Shown here: one piece after another, positions 1-9,557 of the stretch
How positions within the stretch are numbered: position 1 is the first letter of the stretch
How the letters are laid out: each line of letters begins with the position of its first letter
Assembly: GCA_003152105.1 (NCBI GenBank)
Contig: PLZJ01000002.1
Coordinates: forward strand, 753,713 to 817,712
From: Candidatus Levyibacteriota bacterium
Lineage (GTDB): Bacteria > Patescibacteriota > Microgenomatia > Levybacterales > UBA12049
Length of the DNA stretch: 64,000 nt
Reading direction: 5' to 3'
Made by a program: the position numbers and the translations under genes
The notes under the pieces: generated by a model
Told to the model about the DNA's origin: nothing
The model's database searches: none
The model's input: the letters and a program-made list of their open reading frames with translations, nothing else

Positions 1-98
1 AACAACAGTTAATCAAATGGAAAAAATATATCTTCATTTAATAATGACAAATCGAAAAAGGTTATCGCTAAAAACTCCTAAAAAGATTTTAAGAAGAG

Positions 99-611
99 TT
101 GCAAATAAAATCATCTTTACTCCATAACACGGAAAGCATCTTATTATGTTATACTTTCGTTCCTATGATGAAGTATAAGAAAAAAATGAGAAAACAGCTG
201 TCAAAATCAAATAAACAACATGCTTATGCTCTATCTTTACAAAAACTATTCAACTATATTGATATACGAGAATCTTATGTCAGTCTCATCTTGGGAGTTG
301 CAACGGTATTTTTAATTACCATTTCGTTATTTCTGGCAGTTCTTGGAAAAAATATTCATTTTACATTTTTTACTCCAACTTACCATACTAAATCGATCTA
401 TACACAAGGCATACAAACGGTTAATAAACAAAAATTACCTTCTAGCTCGATTTTGGGCAATTCTTACCTAGTAAAAGATGGAGATACGTTATGGGATATT
501 TCAATAAGAGCATATGGACGAGGAGACAAATGGGAGGATATTGTAAATGCAAATAATATTTATGACTCAGACTATATAATGGTTGGACAATCACTTGCTA
601 TACCTCGGTAA
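99..611 (+). CDS. LysM domain protein with an N-terminal TM anchor
   Basis: The C-terminus GDTLWDISIRAYGRGDKWEDIVNANNI...GQSLAIP is a typical LysM peptidoglycan-binding module, and a hydrophobic helix (VSLILGVATVFLITISLFLAVL) precedes it. The true start may be an internal Met. Confidence 0.5.
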   Translation: MQIKSSLLHNTESILLCYTFVPMMKYKKKMRKQLSKSNKQHAYALSLQKLFNYIDIRESYVSLILGVATVFLITISLFLAVLGKNIHFTFFTPTYHTKSIYTQGIQTVNKQKLPSSSILGNSYLVKDGDTLWDISIRAYGRGDKWEDIVNANNIYDSDYIMVGQSLAIPR

Positions 612-614
612 GCA

Positions 615-642
615 TTGACACTTATTGGTTAATAAGTATAAT
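615..642 (+). promoter_or_regulatory. Sigma70-like promoter for tRNA-Gly
   Basis: TTGACA at 615-620, a 16-nt spacer and TATAAT at 637-642 lie about 9 nt upstream of the tRNA 5' end. Confidence 0.4.
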
Positions 643-650
643 TGGTGTAT

Positions 651-722
651 GCGGTGGTAGTTCAGCGGTAGAATGTCTCCTTCCCAAGGAGAAGGTCGAG
701 GGTTCGACTCCCTTCCGCCGCT
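651..722 (+). tRNA. tRNA-Gly (anticodon CCC)
   Basis: The cloverleaf was folded by eye. The acceptor is GCGGTGG/CCGCCGC with discriminator U, the anticodon arm is TCTCC-TTCCCAA-GGAGA, and the T-loop is GGTTCGACTCC. Confidence 0.8.
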
Positions 723-744
723 CTTATTGACTACCCACAACAAT

Positions 745-1680
745 ATGAAAAACACCTATTTACTAATTATCCTATTAATTGTTATAGCTTTTTTTGGTGT
801 TTCAAGTAAATTTTTTAGAAATCAGAAACCAATTACCACTGTTATTAAATCTTCAGTTATAACAACTCATATCTCTAAAAATTTTTTAAAACCAACAATA
901 ACACCCATAGACCAAGAGTTATTCGGAAATGAAATAGCATTATCAGTATCACAACCGGCTGATAAATCTTCTGTGACGTCACAAAACATTGTTATTTCAG
1001 GAAAAACTGTGCCTGATGCAGACGTTTTTGTAAATGCAAATAATGTTAATGTAGATTCTTCAGGAATTTTTTCAACAAACATTTCTTTAAGTGAAGGTGA
1101 AAATAATATCTTTATTGATTCAAATGATGCTACAGGAAATACTAATGAAAAAATTATTTCTGTAAATTATTTGCCAACGATCGAGAGCACTTCAGCTATA
1201 TATTTACCAAATGTTAAGGTTGTAGCACTAGGTCTTTCTTCTATTAGCGTAAATAATAATTCAGCAACAGTAGTAATATCACCTAATTCTCAAACTATCT
1301 TTAAAAACAACTTCTGGGATCAAATACAATTCCAGAAAATTAGCATTGGTGATTTACTGAGTGTTTATGGACTGTGGGATGATGCTACGCATACTAAAAT
1401 CAATACCTCATTTATTAGAGATGATTCCATCACAACAAGAACCGCAGTTGTATACGGCGTAGTAGAACGTTCCAATGTAAATACTATGGAAATAGCAACA
1501 CGTACACTTGGAAATACATCAGTTCTTATTAGCAGTTCTATTATTTATTACAATTTACAGAATAAAATTATTTTATATAATCAGTTAGAAAAAAACGATA
1601 AGGTTAGAGTATCAGGGGTTTTAGATGCTGCAAACCATCAGATAAGCGCAGTAATGAATATTAAAGATTTTGCTAGGTAA
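745..1680 (+). CDS. membrane-anchored secreted hypothetical protein (Ig-like / OB-fold-rich)
   Basis: The ORF-track start (673) overlaps tRNA-Gly. The first ATG after the tRNA encodes MKNTYLLIILLIVIAFFGVSS, a signal/TM sequence. The rest is Ser/Thr/Asn-rich beta-type sequence with no enzymatic motif. Confidence 0.5.
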   Translation: MKNTYLLIILLIVIAFFGVSSKFFRNQKPITTVIKSSVITTHISKNFLKPTITPIDQELFGNEIALSVSQPADKSSVTSQNIVISGKTVPDADVFVNANNVNVDSSGIFSTNISLSEGENNIFIDSNDATGNTNEKIISVNYLPTIESTSAIYLPNVKVVALGLSSISVNNNSATVVISPNSQTIFKNNFWDQIQFQKISIGDLLSVYGLWDDATHTKINTSFIRDDSITTRTAVVYGVVERSNVNTMEIATRTLGNTSVLISSSIIYYNLQNKIILYNQLEKNDKVRVSGVLDAANHQISAVMNIKDFAR

Positions 1681-1737
1681 ATTGCCATGAATATTATTCA
1701 CTGTTGACGTATATGTGCTGATTTGATAATATAAATC

Positions 1738-3408
1738 GTGCCCCAATCAAAAGGAAACAAGACAAAGTATATTTTTGTTTCAGGAGGCGTAATTTCAGGA
1801 ATAGGTAAAGGAATTACAGCAGCCTCGATTTCTCTTCTTTTAAAATCTTCTGGTTACACTGTCGCACCAATTAAATTTGAAGGCTATTTAAATATAGATG
1901 CTGGTACTATAAACCCTATTGAACACGGAGATGTTTTTCTGTGTGATGACGGTGCAGAAACTGATATGGATATTGGAACTTATGAGAAGTTTTTGCAAGA
2001 GAACATGGGTAAAGAAAATTTTGTAACAATGGGTCAGATCTATAAAACGATTATCGATAAAGAGAGAAGATTTGAATATAACGGAGAGGATGTGGAAGCT
2101 GTTCATATTACCGAGGAAATTATTTCTCGAATTAATAAACTAGCATCAATTAAAAAGGCAGATATCGTTGTAATTGAACTTGGTGGAACAGCAGGAGAAT
2201 ATTGGAATGTATTTTATTATGAAGCAGCTCGATTATTAGCATTTCATAATCCAGGTGACGTTATCCATATTCATGTAAGTTATGTACCCACTCCAGGACA
2301 TTTAGGAGAACCAAAGACAAAACCCACACAACTTTCTGTTAGAACATTAAATTCAATGGGTATTCAACCGGATTTTATCGTTGCAAGATCAGAAAAACCG
2401 CTCGACCAAAGAAGAAAAGACAGATTTGCACTATTTTGCAACATGCATAGAGAAGATGTTATATCAAATCCAGATGTAAAATCAGTTTATGAAGTTCCAT
2501 TAGTTCTTGAAAAACAAGGTATTACTAAAAAAATAGTTGATAAACTCCACTTATCCGACAAAAAGCCTGAGATGAGTACTTGGGAAAACTTAGTTCAAAA
2601 AGTTTTGAAAAAGAAAGATCATACCGTTGAAATTGCTATTGTTGGAAAATACTTTGGAACAGGAGATTATCAGCTCAAGGATTCATATGCAGCACTTTTT
2701 GATGCTTTAGACCATGCAGGATTTGCCAAAAATACCAAAATTCATACTAAATGGATTGATGCAGAAAAAATCACAGATCAGAATATTGAAGAAATAATCG
2801 GTCAACCAAATGGTATAATTGTGCCTATTGGTTGGGGAGAAAGAGGAGCGGAGGGCATGATAAAAGCAGCAAACTACGCCCGAGTAAAACAAATTCCTTA
2901 TTTAGGTTTATGTTATGGAATGCAACTTGCTTGTATCGCGTTTGGAAGGTATGTGATTGGATTAACTGATGCAAACAGTGATGAAAATACCAAAACTATT
3001 AATAATATTATCCATTTTATGCCTGAACAAAAAGCAATTACTGAAAAGAGAGCATATGGTGGAACAATGAGACTTGGAGCTTGGGAAGCAATTATTAAAG
3101 AAAATACATTAGCATATCAATTATATGATACTTATAATGGTTTTATTGATAAAGCAAAAAGATTAACAAGCGAAAGGCATCGACATAGATATGAATTTAA
3201 CGATACATTTGTTTCTCAGTTTGAAAATGCAGGTTTCATATTTAGTGGTAGATCAGTTGAAGAAAATTTAGTGGAAATTATTGAACTTCCTAAATCACAA
3301 CACCCTTTTTATATAGGAACTCAGGGTCATCCAGAGTATAAAAGTAGACCTCTTTCTCCTCACCCGATTTTCTTAGGTTTTATTCAAGCATGTATAAATA
3401 CGTCCTGA
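1738..3408 (+). CDS. pyrG: CTP synthase
   Basis: The N-terminal synthetase motif YIFVSGGVISGIGKGITAASI is present, and the C-terminal class-I glutamine amidotransferase carries the GLCYGMQ catalytic Cys. The start is GTG and the stop is TGA. TTGACG-17-TAATAT lies immediately upstream, giving a near-leaderless mRNA. Confidence 0.9.
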   Translation: MPQSKGNKTKYIFVSGGVISGIGKGITAASISLLLKSSGYTVAPIKFEGYLNIDAGTINPIEHGDVFLCDDGAETDMDIGTYEKFLQENMGKENFVTMGQIYKTIIDKERRFEYNGEDVEAVHITEEIISRINKLASIKKADIVVIELGGTAGEYWNVFYYEAARLLAFHNPGDVIHIHVSYVPTPGHLGEPKTKPTQLSVRTLNSMGIQPDFIVARSEKPLDQRRKDRFALFCNMHREDVISNPDVKSVYEVPLVLEKQGITKKIVDKLHLSDKKPEMSTWENLVQKVLKKKDHTVEIAIVGKYFGTGDYQLKDSYAALFDALDHAGFAKNTKIHTKWIDAEKITDQNIEEIIGQPNGIIVPIGWGERGAEGMIKAANYARVKQIPYLGLCYGMQLACIAFGRYVIGLTDANSDENTKTINNIIHFMPEQKAITEKRAYGGTMRLGAWEAIIKENTLAYQLYDTYNGFIDKAKRLTSERHRHRYEFNDTFVSQFENAGFIFSGRSVEENLVEIIELPKSQHPFYIGTQGHPEYKSRPLSPHPIFLGFIQACINTS

Positions 3409-3463
3409 GTAAAGATTTCCTTACTTACTTGAGCTTTGATTTTAAATTTAGTATAATAGCTTC

Positions 3464-3748
3464 ATGTTACAAAGTGTTACATTTAATCCCGGTGATATAG
3501 TACAGGTATATCAAAAAATATCTGAGGGTGAAAAAACTCGAATTCAGATATTTGAAGGCACGGTACTTGGTATTCGTGGTAGAGGTGAAAATAAGATGTA
3601 TACTGTTCGAAAAGTTGTAGACGGCATTGCAGTTGAAAAAATATTTCCTCTCTTATCTCCAAGTATTGAAAAAGTTGTCATAAAAGGACACCAAAAAAGA
3701 AGAGTTAGAAGAGCAAAGCTTACTTTTATGAGATCTTCAATTAAATAA
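3464..3748 (+). CDS. rplS: 50S ribosomal protein L19
   Basis: It has the full-length L19 signature IQIFEGTVLGIRGRG...YTVRKV..GIAVEKIFPL.SP.IEKV. TTGAGC-17-TATAAT ends 6 nt before the ATG, so the mRNA is leaderless. Confidence 0.85.
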   Translation: MLQSVTFNPGDIVQVYQKISEGEKTRIQIFEGTVLGIRGRGENKMYTVRKVVDGIAVEKIFPLLSPSIEKVVIKGHQKRRVRRAKLTFMRSSIK

Positions 3749-3807
3749 TAGCGCTGCAGTAAGCTTCTTTTTCTAGTACAATATAGTAAGATTAGTTATT
3801 TTTCTAC

Positions 3808-5208
3808 ATGTTAGATAAAAAAGTTAAAATCATTGCAACTATTGGCCCCTCATCTCAAAGTAGTGAAATGATTCAAGCATTAGCAGAAAAAGGTACAGAT
3901 ATATTCCGTATTAATTTATCTCATGCTACAGAAAATCAATTAAGCTCTGTAGTATCAAATGTTAGGCTTGCAGAGACTAAACTAAATAAGCATTTATCAG
4001 TATTAGTTGATTTACCTGGACCTAAGATTAGAATAGGTTCAGTTATTGATGGGGCAAGTCTTAAGATCGGAGATACACTTAAAATACATTATAAGGATAT
4101 ACAAGGTACAGAATCAGACACATCATTAAATTATCCATCTATTCTTAAAAATATAGCTCCAGGAACCATTATGTATATTGATGATGGAAATATAAAATTG
4201 CTAGCTGAAGAAAATAATAATGAATATGTAAGAGCAACAGTACTTGTTGGTGGACCGTTAATTTCATATAAAGGATTTTCTGCAGAAGGTATTTCATATA
4301 CTAAAAATGGTGTATCTGAAAACGACAAAAAAAGCATCGAGCTACTTTTAAAATATGATGTTGATGCAATCGCAATTTCTTTCACGCAATCTGCAGCTGA
4401 TGTTACAGACATTAAAAATTTACTTCCATCAAATTCCACAAAACTTCTAATTGCAAAAATTGAAACAGAAGCAGGAGTTGAAAATGCAGAGGAAATTTTA
4501 AAAGTAGCGGATGGATTAATGGTTGCAAGAGGAGATCTTGGTCTTTCAGTTCCATTTGCTACAGTACCAAATATACAAAAACAACTTATAAAATTATGTA
4601 ATAAAAAAGCTAAACCAGTAATAACTGCAACGCAAATGCTGGAATCAATGATAAATAAACCTCTCCCTACTCGTGCAGAAGTAACTGATGTAGCAAATGC
4701 AATTATTGACGGGACAGATGCAGTAATGCTGTCTGCTGAAACAACTATTGGAAAATATCCATTGGAATCTGTGGATACTTTAGTTAAAATAATTTTGGAA
4801 ACGTTAAAACACTCACTGTTTTCTGAAGAAAATGCTGATATTGAACTTGGCAATGCAGTTTCTCATGCAGCAGGTATAATCGCGGATCAAATCAACTCCA
4901 AATTAATTATCGCATTTACGCAAAGCGGAGTAACAGCACAAAGAATTGCCAAATATAGACATAAACAGCCAATAATTGCCGCCTCTCAAGAACTTTCAAC
5001 ACTTAGGAACTTAAATTTCAGTTGGGGAGTGTATCCATTTCAAATAAGTAAAACAGAAGGATTTTCAGATTTAAGAAAACAAGCGCTCGAAATTGTTACT
5101 AAAAATGAATTTGTTACAGTTGAGAAAAATGATACCTATGTTATTGCAGCAGGAATGCCTTTTGGTCAAAGTGGGACTACAAATATGATTTTTATAGATA
5201 AAGTCTGA
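3808..5208 (+). CDS. pyk: pyruvate kinase
   Basis: Motifs KIIATIGPSS, MVARGDLG and the KPVITATQMLESM family pattern are present at 466 aa. Confidence 0.9.
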   Translation: MLDKKVKIIATIGPSSQSSEMIQALAEKGTDIFRINLSHATENQLSSVVSNVRLAETKLNKHLSVLVDLPGPKIRIGSVIDGASLKIGDTLKIHYKDIQGTESDTSLNYPSILKNIAPGTIMYIDDGNIKLLAEENNNEYVRATVLVGGPLISYKGFSAEGISYTKNGVSENDKKSIELLLKYDVDAIAISFTQSAADVTDIKNLLPSNSTKLLIAKIETEAGVENAEEILKVADGLMVARGDLGLSVPFATVPNIQKQLIKLCNKKAKPVITATQMLESMINKPLPTRAEVTDVANAIIDGTDAVMLSAETTIGKYPLESVDTLVKIILETLKHSLFSEENADIELGNAVSHAAGIIADQINSKLIIAFTQSGVTAQRIAKYRHKQPIIAASQELSTLRNLNFSWGVYPFQISKTEGFSDLRKQALEIVTKNEFVTVEKNDTYVIAAGMPFGQSGTTNMIFIDKV

Positions 5209-5217
5209 TTGCTTTCT

Positions 5218-7233
5218 TTATTTTGCTTCAACAATTTTAATTCTATCTCTAAGCATCGCAGCGGTTTCAAAATCTAAATCCTTTGCAGCTTGTCTCATAT
5301 GAGATCTCAGCACTTTAATAATTTTTATTTTTTCGTCAGGTAAAATAACTTCTTTTTCAGTAAGCTGTAAGATTTCATTATCAGGTTTCTTTTCATTTTC
5401 TTCCTCTAGTGTGACGAGCTTTGCTCGAATTGATTTTTGGATACCAAGTGGAGTAATAGAATGTTTTTTATTATACGCGGTTTGAATTTTTCTTCTTCTT
5501 TCTACTTCAGACATTGCTTCTTGCATTGATTTTGTCACTTTGTCAGCATACATAATTACGCATGAATCTAAATTCCTTGCTGCTCTTCCCATTGTTTGAA
5601 TCAAAGCACTGCGTGACCTCAAAAAACCTTCTTTGTCTGCATCGAGTATAATTACTAAAGAAACTTCTGGTAAGTCTAATCCTTCTCGAAGTAAGTTTAT
5701 TCCAACAATAACATCATAGTCACCAAATCGTAGTTTATCTAATACATCTTGCCTTTTAAGCGTTTCAATATCTGAATGTAAATAAGCAACTTTAACTTTT
5801 CTTTCCTCTAAAAAGCTTGCTAATTCTTCTGCCATTCGTTTTGTAAGCGTTGTGACAAGAACCCGTTGCCCTTTGTCACTTCTTTTTTTGATCTCATCCA
5901 TTAAATCAGGTATTTGTCCTTCTGATTTTCTTACTTCAATTATTGGATCAACAAGCCCAGTAGGTCTTATTAGTTGCTCGATAACACCGTTATCTGATTC
6001 TTTTGATAAAGAAATTTCATACGGATTTGGGGTTGCCGATATATAAGTAACTTGGTGTACTCTTTGCATAAACTCATCAAACCTAAGAGGTCTATTATCT
6101 AAAGCAGATGGTAATCTAAATCCATAGTCAATTAACATTTCCTTTCTTGCACGATCACCGTTATACATACCTCGTATCTGTGGTAATGTCATGTGTGATT
6201 CATCAATAAAGAGTAGCCATTCTTTATTATTTTGTTCAAAATAATCGAGTAGACTAAATGGTGGATCTCCTGGTTTACGTCCATCAAAATATCTAGAATA
6301 ATTTTCAATTCCATTTACAAATCCAAGTTCATTTATCATTTCTAAGTCATATTCAGTACGTTGTTTTAATCGATGAGCTTCGAATAGTTTGTTTTGCTTC
6401 TTAAATTGCTCAACGCGTTCTTCCAAATCATGCCTAATTTGTGCAAAAACTGATTTATAGGAAGCAGGATCAGTCATGTAATGTTTTGCAGGGTATATAA
6501 CACTTTCTTTTCTATCTTCTAAAGTATCGCCAGTTATTGGGTCAAAATCTATAAGTTTTGTAATTATGCTATCTTCAATTTCTATCCTAAGTCCAATATC
6601 CGTATATGCAGGGAATACATCTAAAGATTCACCACGTATTCTAAAACTTCCTCGTTTGAATCCATAATCATAGCGCTCATACTGTAAGTCTGCTAATCTG
6701 AGTAAAATATCTTTTTGGGATATTTCCATTTGTTTTGATAAATGAAGTATAAATTTACCATATTCAGCAGGTGACCCAAGATTATATATGCAAGATACCG
6801 ACGAAACTACAATTACATCTTTTCTTGTTAATAGATTCGTGGTAGATGCGAGTCTTAACTTATCTATTTCTTCATTAATCTCAACTTCTTTCTCAATGTA
6901 TGTATCTGATTGCGGAATGTACGCTTCAGGCTGATAATAATCATAATATGACACAAAATATGAAACAGCGTTGTGAGGAAAAAAATCTCTAAACTCTTGA
7001 TACAATTGTCCTGCAAGTGTTTTATTGTGAGAAATAATCAGTGTTGGCCTCTGTAAGTTTTGAATAACGTTGGCAATCGTAAATGTTTTTCCACTCCCAG
7101 TAACACCAAGAAGTACTTGATTCTGTACATTATTTTGTAAGTTTTCAGTTAAGTTTTTAATTGCTACCGGTTGATCACCGGTAGGTTTAAAATCTGATAC
7201 AAGCTTAAAATTCATAGAGTTATTGTAGCACAA
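5218..7233 (-). CDS. uvrB: excinuclease ABC subunit B
   Basis: The N-terminus FKLVSDFKPTGDQPVAI is UvrB-like, followed by the Walker A GVTGSGKT, helicase motifs and the C-terminal UVR domain DFETAAMLRDRI. Confidence 0.9.
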   Translation of the reverse strand: MCYNNSMNFKLVSDFKPTGDQPVAIKNLTENLQNNVQNQVLLGVTGSGKTFTIANVIQNLQRPTLIISHNKTLAGQLYQEFRDFFPHNAVSYFVSYYDYYQPEAYIPQSDTYIEKEVEINEEIDKLRLASTTNLLTRKDVIVVSSVSCIYNLGSPAEYGKFILHLSKQMEISQKDILLRLADLQYERYDYGFKRGSFRIRGESLDVFPAYTDIGLRIEIEDSIITKLIDFDPITGDTLEDRKESVIYPAKHYMTDPASYKSVFAQIRHDLEERVEQFKKQNKLFEAHRLKQRTEYDLEMINELGFVNGIENYSRYFDGRKPGDPPFSLLDYFEQNNKEWLLFIDESHMTLPQIRGMYNGDRARKEMLIDYGFRLPSALDNRPLRFDEFMQRVHQVTYISATPNPYEISLSKESDNGVIEQLIRPTGLVDPIIEVRKSEGQIPDLMDEIKKRSDKGQRVLVTTLTKRMAEELASFLEERKVKVAYLHSDIETLKRQDVLDKLRFGDYDVIVGINLLREGLDLPEVSLVIILDADKEGFLRSRSALIQTMGRAARNLDSCVIMYADKVTKSMQEAMSEVERRRKIQTAYNKKHSITPLGIQKSIRAKLVTLEEENEKKPDNEILQLTEKEVILPDEKIKIIKVLRSHMRQAAKDLDFETAAMLRDRIKIVEAK

Positions 7234-7276
7234 TACTTAGTTGACGCATTTTTGAGAAATAAAAATTGATATATTT

Positions 7277-7325
7277 TGTATACATATGTTCTCTTGACAA
7301 GGTTCTAGTATTTTTCGTATAAAAT
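7277..7325 (+). promoter_or_regulatory. lexA promoter region with a palindrome and GTTC direct repeats (candidate SOS operator)
   Basis: TGTATACA (7277-7284) overlaps CATATG. GTTC-N10-GTTC at 7288-7305 flanks the -35 TTGACA (7294-7299). The -10 TATAAAAT lies at 7318-7325 in the divergent uvrB/lexA intergenic region. Confidence 0.3.
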
Positions 7326-7355
7326 AATAGTATTCTTTTTAAGATACAAATCAAT

Positions 7356-7985
7356 ATGCCAGGAGTATTATATAAAAAAGAAAGAGAAGTATTGGAGTAT
7401 ATTGCTCAATTTCAAAAACATCATGGGTATTCTCCTACGTTAAAAGAAATTGCCCAAGCAACAGGTCATCGTGCTAATTCAACTATCCATACACTTATTA
7501 GATCTTTAGTAGAAAAAGGTTATATTCAAAAAGTAGATGGAAACACAAGAGTGCTTAAGATTCTCGATCAAAAAACTGCAGATAGAATGCTAGGTGCAGA
7601 ACCTTCTTTGGAGCTACCATTAATGGGATATATAGCTGCAGGAAAACCTTTAGAGCCACATACAGATCCTAATGCTACTTTTCAAGTAAGTGCATCAATG
7701 ATTACAGGTAAAAAAACTGCTTATGTTCTTCAAGTTAAAGGAAACTCGATGATTGAAGATGGTATTTTAGATGGAGATTTTGTCGTAGTTGAAAGAACAA
7801 ATCAAGCATATAACGGAGATATTGTCGTTGCACTCGTAGATAATAACTTGGCTACGTTAAAACGATTTTATAAAGAAGGAGAAAGAGTTATCCTTAAGCC
7901 TGCTAATGCTACTATGGAGCCAATTTACCCAACATCTTTAACAATACAAGGCAAAGCAGTAGGTGTTATAAGAAAATATCAGTAA
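7356..7985 (+). CDS. lexA: LexA repressor (S24 peptidase)
   Basis: An N-terminal winged HTH (LTLKEIAQATGH...) is joined by an AG cleavage region to the S24 motif VKGNSMIEDGILDGDFVVV and a downstream Lys. Confidence 0.85.
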   Translation: MPGVLYKKEREVLEYIAQFQKHHGYSPTLKEIAQATGHRANSTIHTLIRSLVEKGYIQKVDGNTRVLKILDQKTADRMLGAEPSLELPLMGYIAAGKPLEPHTDPNATFQVSASMITGKKTAYVLQVKGNSMIEDGILDGDFVVVERTNQAYNGDIVVALVDNNLATLKRFYKEGERVILKPANATMEPIYPTSLTIQGKAVGVIRKYQ

Positions 7986-7988
7986 TTT

Positions 7989-8894
7989 CTATTTTTTACT
8001 ACATAAATGTATTAATTGACTTATTGCTTCTTCAAAAGTAAATCCTGCTGCTTCTACTGCTTTTGGAAATAAACTTTGATTCGTAAGGCCTGGTATACTA
8101 TTTATTTCTAAGACATAAATTTGATCTTTTGTAATAATAAAATCAGTTCTTGAAAGATATTTAAATCCTAACTCTCTATGAATGCGTAGTGCTATTTTTT
8201 TAATTTTTTCTTGCAAGGCAGGTAAGAGAGAAGGAGCAAAGGGAATCTCTTTCGTCTTTCCATTATACTTATTATCATAGGTAAACAATTCTTTATTGGG
8301 AGTTTGAATTTCAATTAACGGAAGAACTTTTTTTTCTAAAATCCCTACGGTTACTTCTATGCCAGTTATATATGATTCAATCATAACTTCATGATATTTA
8401 TCAAATATATAAGTAGCAATATTATTTAAATCTTCTTTATTGCCTACAATCTGCACGTCTATGCTTGATCCGTTTTCAAGTGGCTTAATAATGACAGGGT
8501 AAATAAATGGCATATTATTAATGGTTTTTCTTGTTGCAATAAACCAATCTGGTGTTTTAATACCAAGAGATTTACATATATTTTTAAATGTACGCTTATT
8601 CCAACTTTTATGACATGTACTTGATGTTGGACCAATAAATTGCAATTTATTTTTTTCCAAAAAGTACGATAATTTTCCATCTTCGCCTTCAAAACCATGT
8701 AAAACAGGAAATATGACTGTATATTGTAAAAGAAGTGGTAATAAGTTATATAAGCCTAAACGAATATCAAATATTTTTACCCGGTAGTCTAAATTTTTAA
8801 TTGTTTCAAATATATTTGTAGCAGAAAGTAATGAAATTTCTTTTTCATCACATGTACCTCCAGTTAGAATAGCAATTGATGGTGGTTTATTCAT
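7989..8894 (-). CDS. ddl: D-alanine--D-alanine ligase
   Basis: The N-terminus IAILTGGTCDEKEISLLSA matches the pattern LFGG.S.EHEVSL.SA and is followed by an ATP-grasp C-terminus. Length is 301 aa. Confidence 0.75.
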   Translation of the reverse strand: MNKPPSIAILTGGTCDEKEISLLSATNIFETIKNLDYRVKIFDIRLGLYNLLPLLLQYTVIFPVLHGFEGEDGKLSYFLEKNKLQFIGPTSSTCHKSWNKRTFKNICKSLGIKTPDWFIATRKTINNMPFIYPVIIKPLENGSSIDVQIVGNKEDLNNIATYIFDKYHEVMIESYITGIEVTVGILEKKVLPLIEIQTPNKELFTYDNKYNGKTKEIPFAPSLLPALQEKIKKIALRIHRELGFKYLSRTDFIITKDQIYVLEINSIPGLTNQSLFPKAVEAAGFTFEEAISQLIHLCSKK

Positions 8895-8930
8895 AGATAA
8901 AAGAATATCCAGATAAGCCTATGTAGGAGA

Positions 8931-9557
8931 TTATTTTTTAAACTTTTTAGTAAGTTTTAATTTATGTTCAATATAAAAAAGTATAAGAAGCACTAAGGCA
9001 ATGACAATTCCAATTTCGAATTTATGGAATATTGGTCCAAGGGTAGTCCATTTACTGCCAACATAGTAACCAAAATAAATTAAACATGCACACCATACTA
9101 GGGAACCAGTAAGGGTATAGATGCAAAATCGCTTTAAATTCATTTTAAAGGCTCCAGCAGGTAATGAAATAACGTAACGAAGGCCTGGCAATAGTTTTCC
9201 AATAAACACGATTTTACTGCCGTATTTATCAAACCAGATTTCTGCTTTTTTATATTCATGTTCAGAAAGCAATATAAATTTTCCATATTTTCGAATTAAG
9301 GTTAAGATCACATGATCTTCTAAAAAATAGCCAATACCATAACCAATTAAGGAGCCCGTTAAGTCACCAAGTGAAGCTACTAAAACTATTAGTGGGAAAC
9401 TAAATACACCGTTGTGAGTTAGATATCCAGTAAATGGGAGAGTGATTTCAGAAGGTACGGGAATTAACGCAGAACCGAGTGCCATTAAGAAAAAGACGCC
9501 AAGATAGCCAGTTGAGTGAATAATTTGTATAATAAGGGACGAAAGTAGTTCAACCAT
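8931..9557 (-). CDS. DedA/SNARE-associated family membrane protein
   Basis: GYLGVFFLMALGSALIPVPSEI... is the DedA core and the protein is multi-TM. Its start abuts the rsmI start with no spacer. Confidence 0.6.
   Translation of the reverse strand: MVELLSSLIIQIIHSTGYLGVFFLMALGSALIPVPSEITLPFTGYLTHNGVFSFPLIVLVASLGDLTGSLIGYGIGYFLEDHVILTLIRKYGKFILLSEHEYKKAEIWFDKYGSKIVFIGKLLPGLRYVISLPAGAFKMNLKRFCIYTLTGSLVWCACLIYFGYYVGSKWTTLGPIFHKFEIGIVIALVLLILFYIEHKLKLTKKFKK

Noticed and set aside
673-744. The 5' extension of ORF 673-1680
   Set aside because: It overlaps tRNA-Gly (651-722). The signal-peptide Met at 745 is the plausible start.
4131-4853. 240-aa minus-strand ORF inside pyk, and similar antisense ORFs (1888-2106, 5852-6046, 33973-34293, etc.)
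   Set aside because: They are antisense to confidently identified genes and are typical AT-rich-frame artefacts.
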